A stretch of DNA of 64,000 nt, taken from NCBI GenBank assembly GCA_035193785.1, contig CP136572.1, positions 224,001 to 288,000 of the forward strand. Direction: 5' to 3'. The first letter of the stretch is position 1. Each line of letters starts with the position of its first letter. The notes beneath the pieces are model-generated. The model saw nothing but the letters and a program-made list of their open reading frames with translations. It was not told where the DNA came from and searched no databases. Below are positions 10,852-23,417 of this stretch, piece after piece. The translations under genes were made by a program, and so were the position numbers. The DNA comes from Planktothrix sp. GU0601_MAG3 (GTDB lineage Bacteria; Cyanobacteriota; Cyanobacteriia; Cyanobacteriales; Microcoleaceae).

Positions 10852-11642
10852 TGAGTATAATTAACACGACTATTTGAGTGGGGGAGAGGAAACCCGATTT
10901 CTAGGGTTTGCAACAGGGACTCAAGGGTTTCATCGGCCAAACTTTCTAACCCAATAGAATTTAATAACTCTTTCCACTCCTGTAAAACCTGTGGATCTTG
11001 AGGTTTTTCCTGTCGCAATACTGCTAATAAAGTTACGGTTTCATACCATAATCCGTTTTGAGCATAGACTTGAATTTTTTCTAGGGGTGTGGTGGCGGTT
11101 TCTAACTGACGAATTAAAGTTTCACTGGGGTTAATTCGGGCGATCGCTCCTTCAACTCCATCATCCTCAGCCCGCAATCTAGGATTACACTGATAGAAAA
11201 ATCGCCAACGATATTTTTTACCGACTTCTAACATCGGTGCAGATGAAGGTAACTTAAATTTGACAATTCCAGGGGTTCCCATCAAGGGCATTTTCTGCTG
11301 AAAAATTTTATTATCTTCTTCATCTAACAAAACAAATTCTACCTCCCTAGGGGGAGTTGAACTGTAGGGAACATAAATCATAAATGTGGGATATCCTGAT
11401 AGTGTTAACACGATATTGGATTTAGGAACTAATGCAGTTAAGGGTTTAGAAACCGCCGGACAATTGGTTCGACTGGAGGAACCTTGACGATCTTCATTAG
11501 GTTCACCTGGATCTGGAGGTTGAAATTCAACGGCGACTTTTTGAGAATATGAAGGGTGTTGGGCAACCCCGGATTTTGTTGGATTTAATGGGATTAAAAT
11601 TCCAGCTAAAACGAATAATAAAAATAACTTCAGGTGCTTCAT
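10821..11642 (-). CDS. DUF928 domain protein (signal peptide)
   Basis: FQPPDPGEP..RQGSSSR..C, LTALVP, LEVGKKYRW, YAQNGLWYE; likely start MKHLKLF at 11642. Confidence 0.88.
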   Translation of the reverse strand: MKHLKLFLLFVLAGILIPLNPTKSGVAQHPSYSQKVAVEFQPPDPGEPNEDRQGSSSRTNCPAVSKPLTALVPKSNIVLTLSGYPTFMIYVPYSSTPPREVEFVLLDEEDNKIFQQKMPLMGTPGIVKFKLPSSAPMLEVGKKYRWRFFYQCNPRLRAEDDGVEGAIARINPSETLIRQLETATTPLEKIQVYAQNGLWYETVTLLAVLRQEKPQDPQVLQEWKELLNSIGLESLADETLESLLQTLEIGFPLPHSNSRVNYTQTGLTQNNHI

Positions 11643-11704
11643 GGATGAGAGTAAAATCCTGTATTTTTTAGTAATTGGTGGAATTGAATCTACCTTAATA
11701 TCTT

Positions 11705-11733
11705 TATTGACCAACAACACAGGTTTTACGCAA
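11705..11733 (-). promoter_or_regulatory. TTGCGTAA-N16-CAATA motif, copy 1
   Basis: Same boxes and spacing as 28705-28733 and 34877-34905. Confidence 0.55.
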
Positions 11734-11736
11734 TTT

Positions 11737-14032
11737 TCAGATTTTTTTATTCAACTGTAATCGCCACACCCAAACCCCCGCACTTACCAACCCTAATAAC
11801 GCTGGAACCACAGGAGCCCAAATCGCCCCCCAAAACAACCCCCAAGACACCGCGCACAAGACGGCGGCTGTGGTTCCCAAGGTGATGATGATTCTGGCGC
11901 GATCACTGATAAACAGGGCAGAAACCCCTCCTAACAGCGTCCATAACCCGATCCAAACTGCATCTGTCCATTTTGACCCCACTGTTAACAACGGACGATT
12001 ATCTAAAACCGCAGACAGAATTTGGCTGACCATTTGCGCCTGAATGATTAATCCTCGTACTTCTTGATCTGGACTATAGGGAGTACGATGACCTTCATCT
12101 TTAACGCTGATGCCATTAACACCAATTAAAACTAATTTATCTTTAATTAAATTTGGATCAACTTCGCCATTCAGAATTTGTGTGAACTTTATTTCCGGGG
12201 CAATGGGTTCTGATAATCTATAGTTTAGCATGATTTGATATCCTTTTCCATTCGATTTTGGATAAAATCCAATATCAGATTTCATCGTTTTTAAAATCAG
12301 ATTACCCAATTTTATTTGATCTGGTGGCAGGTTTTGGGGTTGAATTCCTTGTTGTTTTAAATAATGAAAGGCGAGTTGAATTGCTAAGGAATGTCGGGTT
12401 TGACATCCTTGAGAATTACTCATAAATAAAAGTTGACGGCGTAAAATGTGATCGGAATCTCGCATCACATCATTAAATCCAACTTGCAGAGGTGGAGCAG
12501 CGGGCGGAGCAGCAAGACCGGAATCATTTTGATCCGGTTTTTTACAAATTAAAAATAGATTATTTTGGGTTTTAAATTGATTAATTAAGTTTTGATATCC
12601 CGGTTCAACGGGCAGATTTCGATAAAGATTTAATCCAATAGTTCGGGGTTGGTATTGGGCAAGTTTTTGTAAAAATTCAGTCAGAATTTGATCAGGAATA
12701 GCCTCGTTTTTGAAGGCTTTAATTTCTGCTTCTGTGATGGCGATTAGCAATAAACGATTATCCTGTTTTTCCATAGGGCGCGATCGCATCATCCCATCAT
12801 AAGCTTTTAACTCCCAAAATTGTAACCATCCTCCCTGACGAATTAAACAGACTAAAAGAGTAATAGTTAAACTAATTAATCCGATTTTCTTAATTTTATT
12901 TAACTCAAAATCAGGTAAATAATGGGGATTTTTACGACGTTTTAACTCTTGCCAACTGATAGAAACAATAGCCGGATTTTGACAAATAACAGGCAACCAA
13001 CTGCCGCAGGGAAAGCGATTTTCTAAGATGTATAAACGTTCCCTCGCTTGTCGCACGGCTAAATATAAAGATTGACCTTGAGAAAATTCCTGTAAAAAAT
13101 GTTTTAAAAAAGTTTGTGCCACAACATCAGGCACAGGTTTCCCGCATAACAATTGTTTGGGGAATATTTAATTGGGCGAGTTCCGTGGCTAAACCTAAAC
13201 CATCACAGGAATTAAAAATAGCAATTTGTAACCCTTTTTCAATCGCTTTTTTAAACGCAGGTAATAACATTTTAATAGAGACTTTATCCTGATGATTGAT
13301 TTTAAAAGTTCCCGATTCTTCCTGTTCTTGACTTTCACTATGTCCGGCAAAAAAGAGAATATCCCAACCTTGAGTATCCCATAAAGCCTGATCTAGTTGT
13401 TGTGGATTAGGTTCGATTAAAAAAACCGTTTCTGTCTGGGGTAAAGCGGTTAAAATCTTTTGATCTTCTGCAATATTAATTCCGGTTTTATTCCCTAAAA
13501 TCGCTAAAATTCTGATTTTTGAACCCGGGACGGATACGGAGGTTTTGCGAGTGTATTGGGGCTGACTGAGGGCTAATTCTGCCCGGGGATAATCGTGGAA
13601 AAAATGCCATAATTGCCAGGGTAAATGTCGGACTTGAGCATCAGAGGTTTCTAAAATTATTTGAATTTCATCAGTTGGTTGTAACGCCGAACGTAACTGT
13701 TGATCAATGGTGCGAAATTCAGCAAAATTAAGCCATTGATTAAACAGATGAATATATTGGGTACAGATTTCTTGAAGTTCGACTTCGGAAACATGGGTAA
13801 TATCTTCTTGTTCTAATTCAATCCGAGATAGAATTCCTAAAGTGTGGTAGAGTTCTTGATAAATAAATCGCCAACGTTGATAAAATTTAATCAATTCTGG
13901 TGCCGCAGGTAAACAACCTGTTATTTTAATCGGACGGGGATTTTCTAAGTCCGATAGTCGTGCTGTTACTAAAGGAAATCCTGCCGTTAATGACCCTTTT
14001 CCTAAATCAATGATTACAATTTTTTCCGTCAT
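11737..14032 (-). CDS. CHAT-like plus CHASE2 membrane sensor (frameshift ~13140)
   Basis: FFAGHS and IFNSCDG (His/Cys dyad); WELKAYD, VGFND, KDKLVLIG; three C-terminal TM helices. Confidence 0.88.
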
Positions 14033-14061
14033 GTTTTATCAAGGCAATGGGCAAACCTAAA

Positions 14062-14089
14062 GTAGAGACGCGCCATGGCACGTCTCTAC
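14062..14089. repeat. GTAG-type REP-like palindrome
   Basis: GTAGAGACG-cgccatggca-CGTCTCTAC. Confidence 0.75.
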
Positions 14090-14097
14090 AGGGGAAA

Positions 14098-15027
14098 TTA
14101 AAAAATAAATCTTTCTGTAATAGATGCCTCAGCTAAACCGACGGTAATACTAAATTGTTCTTCTGGCATTCCTCGAAACCGGGGCAGTTGCATATAATTA
14201 TCCTGTAAACGGGATTGAATTTCTGATAAAATAGCACCTGTTTCTGATAATAAAATCAGTTGCACATTCGGGGGTAAATAACGGTCTTGGTGGGCAGGAT
14301 ATAACCGCACCCTAACTGCAATTTGTCCTTCTATTTCTGGGGTTAATGCCACCCATAATACAACAGATTGACTCCCCAACTGCATTTTTAAATCAATTAA
14401 TTTTGCCCCCTGAACAAACTCCTGATCACTACGAGATGAACTTCTTAATCCTAAAGCGGGTTGGCGAAAAACCGACTGCCAAAGTCCTGTCCATTCATCC
14501 ATTAACCATAAACTTAATCGCACAGGAGTTTTAAATTCTGACCCTTGAGGTGAATTTAAGTGAACTAATAATCCCTCAATAGGTTGTAACTGTTCCAGTG
14601 GTAATATTTCCTGAGTAATAGTTTGGATAAAGCCTAAAATTTCTGCTGTTTTCAAAGTATCAAAAATCCGCACCACCACATATCCAATACGGTCAATTTT
14701 TACTTCTGGAGGAATGCTCACAGTTTGTTGTCCTTCCCGCACGGGACGACATTCTAAACGTCCCACTCCTGTTATTTGCAAATCCGCTACATTTGCACAT
14801 AGTTGAATAATAGGATTCCAACTATCGCTCGCCTCTAATTCCGTGGCAATTTGCATCCATTCTAAATAACAATTAACTCCCCAAACTGCTAAGGTATTGA
14901 GATAAACCTGTTCTCGTTTGCCTCCTTTGGGATGTCTTAAGGCAAATTGTGTGGCAATATCCCTGGCTTCTTGGGATATGATAATCGGTAAACTGTAATC
15001 TTCTAAATTAAAACGTTGATTAACCAT
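14098..15027 (-). CDS. DUF1822 family protein
   Basis: QVYLNTLAVWGVNCYL, GRLECRPV, DRIGYVVV, YLPPNVQLILL. Confidence 0.88.
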   Translation of the reverse strand: MVNQRFNLEDYSLPIIISQEARDIATQFALRHPKGGKREQVYLNTLAVWGVNCYLEWMQIATELEASDSWNPIIQLCANVADLQITGVGRLECRPVREGQQTVSIPPEVKIDRIGYVVVRIFDTLKTAEILGFIQTITQEILPLEQLQPIEGLLVHLNSPQGSEFKTPVRLSLWLMDEWTGLWQSVFRQPALGLRSSSRSDQEFVQGAKLIDLKMQLGSQSVVLWVALTPEIEGQIAVRVRLYPAHQDRYLPPNVQLILLSETGAILSEIQSRLQDNYMQLPRFRGMPEEQFSITVGLAEASITERFIF

Positions 15028-15083
15028 AATTATTAAAGTGATTTTTCAAAATTAATGCAGAAGCAATTTCTCTTTCCTGCTTA

Positions 15084-15725
15084 CTATTCAAGATATCCCT
15101 GTGACCGGGCAAAATTACGCAAAAGCTGGCGACAATTTCTTTCATAGAAGCTACTTAAGGTACTCACTGCAACTCCCCACTCATGGGCTAGTTGCTCCCA
15201 GTGGGTTTCGGGCGGGAGGCGACTTAAAATTAATAATTGACAGGTGATGTCTGGACGCCCGCGAACGTGAGTGTTAGCTAACTCTCCAGTGGCGTCGGTT
15301 TGCGCCCAGTGACGAACTTCTTCTAACATCGGGGGAATATCCGGGGGTGCTTTCAATGTGTCGATTAAATTAATATTTTCACAGAGGGGAATATCAATAG
15401 AAATATAGCGTTTTTGCTGTTGTTGCTGTTTTCGATAACAGTCTTTTAACCGTCCTTTTAGATAAACATTTAGCCAGGTAATTATACTAGCTCTGGCTGG
15501 GTCATACTGCGCCGCCGTCGTCGCTTCACAAAGATTCAAGTACAAAAAAGTCATGGTATTTTGCCATGCGTCTTCGTAGTCCAGTGTGGACTCGTGCCAC
15601 AATTTACCGGATTTTTGGAGGAGGCGAATAATTTGGGTAAAACCCTTGCGACGTTCAACACTGGTGGGAGAATGTTTGCAGGTTTCAGCAATTAATTGGC
15701 GCAGTTGTTCATCAAGTCCAGTCAT
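15084..15725 (-). CDS. Sigma-70-like (ECF-sized) transcription factor
   Basis: YDPARASIITWLNVYL region-2-like motif; C-terminal HTH WEQLAHEWGVAVSTLSSFYERNC; position upstream of DUF1822. Confidence 0.75.
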   Translation of the reverse strand: MTGLDEQLRQLIAETCKHSPTSVERRKGFTQIIRLLQKSGKLWHESTLDYEDAWQNTMTFLYLNLCEATTAAQYDPARASIITWLNVYLKGRLKDCYRKQQQQQKRYISIDIPLCENINLIDTLKAPPDIPPMLEEVRHWAQTDATGELANTHVRGRPDITCQLLILSRLPPETHWEQLAHEWGVAVSTLSSFYERNCRQLLRNFARSQGYLE

Positions 15726-15839
15726 GGGGATTTTAGTTGAGATTTGGGATTAACTTGGTTTTGATGAAATAGTGGGAAGAGTTCCAATATCAGTTAAAAT
15801 CTTATCAAATAAAGTAGATATTTTTTTATTATCAAGGTT

Positions 15840-18252
15840 ATGGGACTAAAGACTTCTTCTTGGGGAATTGGTGCGGTTACATTGTTGATGCAATTACAAT
15901 TGGGTTTGATTATCCCTGTGGCATTCGCTCAGTCCCATGCGGAATTAGATCAGATGTATAATAGGGCATCCGAACAGATTGATCAAGGAAATTTCAGCGA
16001 AGCAGTTGTCACCTTAGAGAAATTATTGGCGATCGCCAAACAACAAAAAAATCAGTTTTTAGAAGCCATAAGTCTCAATGATTTAGCCATGGTTTATCGG
16101 AATCAAGGTAATAGTAATTTAGCATTAGAAACCTCTACAAAAGCCTTGAAAATTTATCAACAATTAAACGATGAGGCGGGTATTAGTGTGGCTTTAAATA
16201 ATCAAGCCACTGCTTATCTGAGTTTAGCTCAATATCCCCAGGCAATTCAAGGATTTGAACAGGCTTTAAAATTAGTTCAGAAACTGGGCGAAAAGTCGGG
16301 AGAAGTTAATATTTTATCTAATTTAGGCGCAATTTATCAGACTTTAGGACAACATCGAAACTCATTATCCTACTTTCAACAAGCCTTAACAGTAATTAAA
16401 ACCCTAGATGATGCCCGGATGGAAGGAGTTATTTTTAATAATATCGCTACAGCCTATATTTCTTTAGGGGAATATGAACAAGCCAAACTTGCCTTTGAGC
16501 AATCTTTAAATTTAGCTAAACAAGTACAGGATGCTCAAGGTATTGGTCAACTTACGATTAATTTGGGGGCAGTTTATGAACGCTTAAAGGACTATGATCA
16601 AGCCTTAACATTATATCAAGAAGGCTTACCGATAATGGAAAAAGTCGGAGATTTAGAAGCGGTTGGGCAAGCGTTGAATAATATCGGTTATATTTATCGC
16701 ATCCAGACTCAATATTCCCAAGCTTTCGAGTTCTATAAAAAAGCCTTAGCAGTTCGCCGAAAAATTCAAGATAAACGGGGAGAAGCGGTGACATTAATTA
16801 ATTTAGGTGTGGCTGAATTTGAAGTTGGAAAATTGAACGAAGCAACTCAAACTCTCTATTCTGCCCTGGCAATTGTTGAGTCTTTACGTCCCGGCTTAAG
16901 TGATGCTAATAAAGTCTCTTTCTTGGAAACTTTTGCAAAAAGTTATGGCGTTTTGCAACGGGTATTAATTGAGCAAAAACAAATTGAGAAAGCTTTAGAA
17001 ATTGCGGAACGGGGCAGAGCTAGGGCGTTTGTTGAGTTAGTAGCAAAAAATAATATATCACCGGATAAATTAACTGCAATTTCTGTAAAATCCCCTAATT
17101 TTTCTGATATTCAAAAAGTAGCTAAAACCCAAAATGCTACCTTAGTTGAATATTCGGTTATTGTTGATCAATTTAAGCAAAATTCCACCCTATTAATTTG
17201 GGTGATTAAACCCGATGGTTTCCTTGCAGTTTCGGTCTGTTGATTTAACGGGTTTAAAGACAGATAACCTAGTTCCCATGTTAAGTCGAGAAGAACTACC
17301 ACCGACGCCTCCCCTAGATCAGCTAATTCGGGGAACTCGTGTTAGCCTAGATTCAGGAATTTCCGGGCTAATAGCAAATGATGTGACCAATAAACCATTA
17401 AATAAATTGTATCAGCTTTTAATCGCCCCAATCGCAGATTTATTACCGAAAAATCCCCAGGATAGGATTATTTTTATTCCCCATCAAGACTTATTATTAG
17501 TTCCCTTTGCAGCTTTAGTGGATGAACAAGGAAATTATCTGATTCAAAAGCATACTATTTTAACTTCTCCATCAATTCAACTATTACAATTAACCGCCGA
17601 GCCACAAAAACAACAGCCAATAAATGGGGAAAAGACCGCTTTAGTTGTGGGGAATCCTAATATGCCTAAAGTAGCTTTATTCCCCGGAGAAGAACCCAAA
17701 TTTTTACAACCACTTCCAGCTAGTGAGAAAGAAGCGATCACCATTGCCAAACTACTTCAATCCGAACCGTTATTAGGGGAAAAAGCCACGGAATCTAAGG
17801 TAATTCAACTAATAAAAAATGCCCGTTATATTCATCTAGCCACCCACGGAATCTTGAGTGATTTAACCGAATCTGGAATTCCAGGGGCGATCGCCTTTTC
17901 TCCCTCTAATTCTGATGATGGGTTACTCACCTCTGAGGAAATTCTCCGGTTAAATTTAACGGCTGATTTAGTCGTATTAAGTGCTTGTAATACGGGAGCG
18001 GGAAGCATTACCAGCGATGGAATTTTAGGTTTATCTCGTTCCTTAATCGCTGCTGGTGTTCCCAGTTTAATTGTGTCTCTCTGGAAAGTTGACGATACTC
18101 CCACCTTGGAATTGATGCAAACATTTTATCAGCAACTCCAACAAACCAATGATAAAGCCCAAGCCCTGCGCCAAGCAATGTTAATCACGATGAAAAATCA
18201 TCCCCAACCCAAACATTGGGCAGGTTTTATTATAATCGGTCAAGCTGATTGA
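15840..18252 (+). CDS. Secreted TPR-CHAT (caspase-like) protease (frameshift ~17220)
   Basis: Signal peptide, TPRs (ALNNIG), AERGRAR, IHLATHG, VVLSACNTG, PKHWAGF. Confidence 0.92.
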
Positions 18253-18369
18253 CATTCTTGGTTCCCGCCAAAAACCTGAATTTTAGACAATTGATTAAAA
18301 CTAGCTATATAATAAGGAAATACGCATTAGCGTTTGATTATCCCTTATTCTTGAGCTTGATTGTATTCG

Positions 18370-20990
18370 ATGCTAAATTTTTACTTTGATCCAGAAACCG
18401 ATACCCACAAATCCTTTGAGTTACCTGGCGCTCGTCCTCACTATAACCCTGACCGTCCGGGTCAAGTAGAACATATTTTTCTGGACTTAGTTCTCGATAT
18501 TCCTAATCAAAGTTTTCAAGGAACTTGTACCCTACATTTGAATCCGGTTAAAAGTGGCATAGAAACCTTAACATTAGATGCGATAAACTTAGAAATAAAA
18601 GAGGTAAAAATTGAGAAAAATCCGCAGGAATTTGACTATGATGGCGAACAATTACAGATTTATCTGAAGCAACCCACAACCGTCAATCAATTAATTAAAA
18701 TTGTCATTAATTATTCTGTCACTAATCCCCAACGCGGGCTTTATTTTATTAGTCCCAATAAAGATTATCCTAACAAACCGATTCAAGTTTGGACACAGGG
18801 AGAAGATGAAGATTCTCGCTTTTGGTTTCCCTGCTTTGACTACCCCGGACAATTAGCGACTTCAGAAATTCGGGTACAAGTTCCTAAACAATATTTAGCT
18901 ATTTCCAATGGGGAATTAATTAATACCGAAACCAAAGGCAAAACTAAAATTTATCATTGGTCACAAAAACAAGTGCATCCCACCTATTTAATGACCTTAG
19001 CGGTGGGAGATTTTGCCGAAATTAAAGACGAATGGAATGGCATTCCCGTTTTATATTATGTTGAGAAAAATCGCCAAGAAGATGCTTTACGGAGCATGGG
19101 AAAAACTCCGAAAATGATTGAGTTTTTCTCTAAATATTTTGGGTATGTCTATCCCTATCCTAAATATGCTCAAGTTTGTGTGGATGATTTCATTTTTGGC
19201 GGGATGGAAAATACCTCAACTACCCTATTAACCGATCGCTGTTTATTAGATGAACGAGCTACCCTAGATAATCGTAACACAGAAAGTTTAGTTGCCCATG
19301 AATTAGCCCATCAATGGTTCGGGGATTTGGTAGTAATTAAACATTGGTCACACGCCTGGATTAAAGAAGGTATGGCGACCTATACGGAGGTATTATGGAC
19401 GGAACAGGAATATGGCAAAGATGACGCGGCTTATTACCGTTTAAATCAAGCCAGAAACTATTTTTCTGAGGACAGTTTCTCGCTATCGTCGCCCCATTGT
19501 TACCCATATTTATCGGGAAGCAATTGAACTTTACGATCGCCATTTATATGAAAAAGGCGCTTGTGTTTATCATCTAATTAGAACTGAATTAGGAGACGAA
19601 CTATTCCAAAAAGCGATTCAAACTTTTGTTCAGGATAATGCTCATAAAACCGTAGAAACCATTGATTTATTACGCGCCCTAGAAAAATCAACCGGAGCTA
19701 ATTTACTCCCCCTATTTGATCAATATGTATTCCGAGGCGGACATCCTGATTATAAAGTCTCCTATAGTTGGGATAATCATAATAAATTAGCCAAAATCAC
19801 GATTAAACAAAATCAAGCAAAAGATAGCGAGAAACTCAGCGAGAAAAACCTATTTGATTTAAAAATACCGATTGGTTTTGGATATAAACCCGATAAAAAA
19901 TCCCCAGAAACGCCGGGAAACTTTAAAACCTTTACGGTGCAAGTTCATGAAAAAGAACAAACCTTCTATTTTCCCTTAGAAGAAAAACCCGCCTTTATTA
20001 GTTTTGATGTAAATAATAATATCCTCAAAACCCTGACTTTAGATTATGCTGTGGCTGAATTGAAAGCCCAATTGCACTATGATCCTGATCCTATTTCTCG
20101 GATTTATGCTGCTAAAGCCTTAGCTAAAAAAGGTGGGTTAGAAGCAGTTAAAGCCCTGGCAAATGCTTTAAAAAATGATGGTTTTTGGGGGGTTCGGGTA
20201 GAAGTTGCTAAACAATTAGTGAGGGTAAAATTAGATCAAGTTTTTGAGGGATTAGTTGAAGGATTAAATGATCAGGATGCTCGGGTCAGACGGGCGGTGA
20301 TTCATAGTTTAGCTAAACTGAAAACCACAGAAAGTTATCAAGTCCTAAAACCCCTTTTAGAAAAAGGAGATCCCAGTTATTTAGTGGAAGCGACCACCGC
20401 TGCCGCCTTGGGAGAAATTGCTGCAACCCATCTGGAGGATAAACATTTAGTTGAACAAACAGTTAAACTATTAAAATCCGTCCTCAAAGAACGGCAAGGT
20501 TGGAACGAAGTGGTGCGTTCCGGGGCAATTTCAGGATTGAGTAAAATCAAAACCTCAGAAGATGCCTTAAACTTGATTTTGAAGTATACCGCCCCCGGTA
20601 TTCCCCAGGCTTTGCGATTAAATTCGATTCGAGCTTTAGGGAGTATTTCCACGGGTCAAACCCCGACCAATACCGAGCGAATTGTACAACGGTTAGAGGA
20701 ATTATCCAATGAAACCTTTTTCCTAACTCAAGTGGCCGTTGTCGCCTCCTTAGAACAGATGGAAACCCCGAAAGCGATGGATGTGCTGCAATCTTTAGCA
20801 GAACAAACCCTAGATGGACGAGTTCGCCGTCGAGGGGAAGAAGCCATTCAGACGGTTTCAGGGAAAAATCGGTTCAGAACCAGCGTTGAAAAAACTGCGG
20901 GAGGAACTCGACAAAATTAAAAAGGAAAATCAAGACTTGAGAAGTCGTCTGGAAACCTTGGAAGCCAAAAGTAAATCCAGCAAATCGTAA
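18370..20990 (+). CDS. pepN: M1 aminopeptidase with HEAT repeats (frameshifts ~19478, ~20860)
   Basis: GGMEN, HELAHQWFGD...E, HLYEKG in the shifted frame, HEAT-repeat C-terminus. Confidence 0.92.
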
Positions 20991-21493
20991 AACCGGATGC
21001 TAGGCGCGATCAATTTCTCGATCTTGAAGGGTAGAAACCTTGTATAGAACTTATTTCCCCCGTATTGAATAATAATTCAACTTAACGACGTCAAAAACTT
21101 AACGTGATTTAACGTTTAATTGAGTCACAAAAGGAGGGATTTGAGTTAACTTACAGTAAAGAACAATCCGAAAGGCTAGATAGTTGTACCAAACCCCCTA
21201 CTCGATCAATTCTCCGTCGGTGAATGAACGATGATCAGATTTCTTTTTTGACAAACCGTGCAATTTTTGTCAAAGAGGCTACAATCGAAAAGGTCTTGGC
21301 GTCATCCAATGATCACCTTTGAATATTTGCCTTCACTATGCCAGGACTGAAGTGGGTTTTAATCACTCACTCGGTAACTCAGTGGGTAAATATTTCAGCC
21401 TGGATTCGGTGTGTCACTGGTTCAGGGGTCTATGAATAGACATCTTTATTCCGTAATTAATTTTTACTAATTGAGGAGCATGAGGAACGCGGC

Positions 21494-22733
21494 ATGACCC
21501 ACAGTAACAAAGGACTCGCAACCACAATAATTTCACTTGAGAAAGAAGTTGATGTCCCTGACAATAAAAAGAAATCCTCCATCATTATGCAGGAGAAAAC
21601 AGTTGATGTCCCTGACAATAAAAAGAAATCCTCCATCACCGATTTAGATGATATTGATGAACCAGATGAAGAAGATCTAATTGATGAAGAAGAAATCTTA
21701 GGGGATGCGATTGGAGAGGAAGATGACGAGAGCAAGACTCCCAAAGGAGCGAAATCTCGGCGTCGAGCTCAGACCAAGAAAAAACACTATACAGAAGATT
21801 CGATTCGTCTCTATCTGCAAGAAATTGGTCGGATTCGATTATTACGCGCGGATGAAGAAATTGAACTCGCTCGTAAAATTGCCGACCTACTCGAACTAGA
21901 GCGAATTCGAGAGAAACTGATGGAACATTACGACCGCGAACCCAATGAGCAGGAATGGGCGAGCGCCGTTGAAATGAGGTTGCCAGAATTCCGCCGCCGT
22001 CTGTATATTGGTCGTCGGGCAAAAGATAAGATGGTACAGTCTAACCTCAGACTGGTAGTTTCCATTGCCAAAAAATACATGAATCGGGGTCTGTCCTTCC
22101 AAGACTTGATTCAAGAAGGCAGTTTAGGATTAATTCGCGCCGCCGAGAAATTTGATCACGAAAAAGGTTACAAATTTTCCACCTATGCGACCTGGTGGAT
22201 TCGTCAAGCGATTACCCGGGCCATTGCCGATCAATCTCGGACTATTCGGCTTCCGGTTCACCTTTATGAAACCATTTCTCGGATTAAAAAAACTACCAAG
22301 TTATTGTCTCAAGAAATGGGTCGTAAACCCACGGAAGAAGAAATCGCAACTCGCATGGAAATGACCATCGAGAAGTTACGGTTTATTGCTAAATCAGCCC
22401 AACTTCCGATTTCTTTAGAAACACCGATTGGGAAAGAGGAAGATTCTCGTTTAGGAGATTTTATTGAATCCGATGGCGAAACTCCTGAAGATCAAGTTTC
22501 TAAGAATCTATTACGAGAAGACTTAGAAAATGTATTGGATACCCTCAGTCCCAGAGAAACGGGATGTACTGCGTCTGCGTTATGGGTTAGATGATGGTCG
22601 GATGAAGACATTAGAAGAAATTGGTCAGATTTTTAATGTTACCCGGGAACGGATTCGTCAAATAGAGGCGAAGGCGTTAAGAAAGTTACGTCATCCTAAC
22701 CGCAATAGCATTTTGAAGGAGTATATCCGTTAA
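21494..22733 (+). CDS. rpoD: Primary RNA polymerase sigma factor SigA (frameshift ~22557)
   Basis: [60 protein letters not shown]. Confidence 0.96.
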
Positions 22734-22981
22734 TTGCTGTTATTTCTGTTCGGGTTGAAACAATTGGATTCTGAAGCATAATATTGTTGTTATTCCTCAA
22801 CGGAGGATAATTCAGAGTGCAATTTATCAACCCGTTTTTTGAAAGATTAAAGTTAAAAATTAACTGTTGAAACAGACTTTAAAAGATATTAAGTTTCGGC
22901 AGATTTTTGTTATTTATATATATAATAACCCCTTTTTTCTTAACCAGCGATACAATTAAATTAAAGCAAGTTTAATAACTT

Positions 22982-23239
22982 ATGAATGCCATTTATAAAC
23001 TCCCCTTAATTTTAGAACCTCAACCCGAAGGCGGTTATACAATTACTTGTCCTCTTTTGCCCAATTTAATTACTGAAGCTGATACTTTAGAAGAAGTTAT
23101 TCCAAATGTATCCGATGCTTTACAAGCTTTAATTGAAGCCTATCAAGATTTAAACAAACCCTTACCTGCTGTTTTAAAGCCGATAGGAGAAGATATGACC
23201 CTGTGGACAGAAAGTTTAATTCCCATTGGCACAAAATGA
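22982..23239 (+). CDS. HicB-family antitoxin
   Basis: LEPQPEGGYTITCPLLPNLITEADTLEE. Confidence 0.85.
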   Translation: MNAIYKLPLILEPQPEGGYTITCPLLPNLITEADTLEEVIPNVSDALQALIEAYQDLNKPLPAVLKPIGEDMTLWTESLIPIGTK

Positions 23240-23301
23240 AATATAGAGAGGTAGCACAAAAATTAAAACAAATATATTTCTTCTTTTTTCGGGTGTGTTG
23301 A
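23236..23301 (+). pseudogene. Truncated HicA toxin (5' end only)
   Basis: ATGA overlap with hicB; MKYREVAQKLK, then diverges and stops. Confidence 0.6.
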
Positions 23302-23417
23302 GAAATAGATGCGATCGCTTAATTTCTATCTTTAGGTAGGGTAGGGATTAAAAACCCAGGTTTCTCAAAGAAAGTAGGGTTTTGGGATGTGGGATGTTCT
23401 AAAGTTTCTTTCATTTT

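Noticed and set aside
15840..18252. Craspase (type III-E Csx29) linked to the CRISPR array
   Set aside because: No cas7-11 or csx30; the protein has a signal peptide and belongs to the common cyanobacterial TPR-CHAT cassette 11 kb from the array
21494..22733. Pseudogenisation or programmed frameshifting of rpoD, gyrA, pepN and others
   Set aside because: Too frequent, hits essential genes and sits at homopolymers; better explained as assembly error
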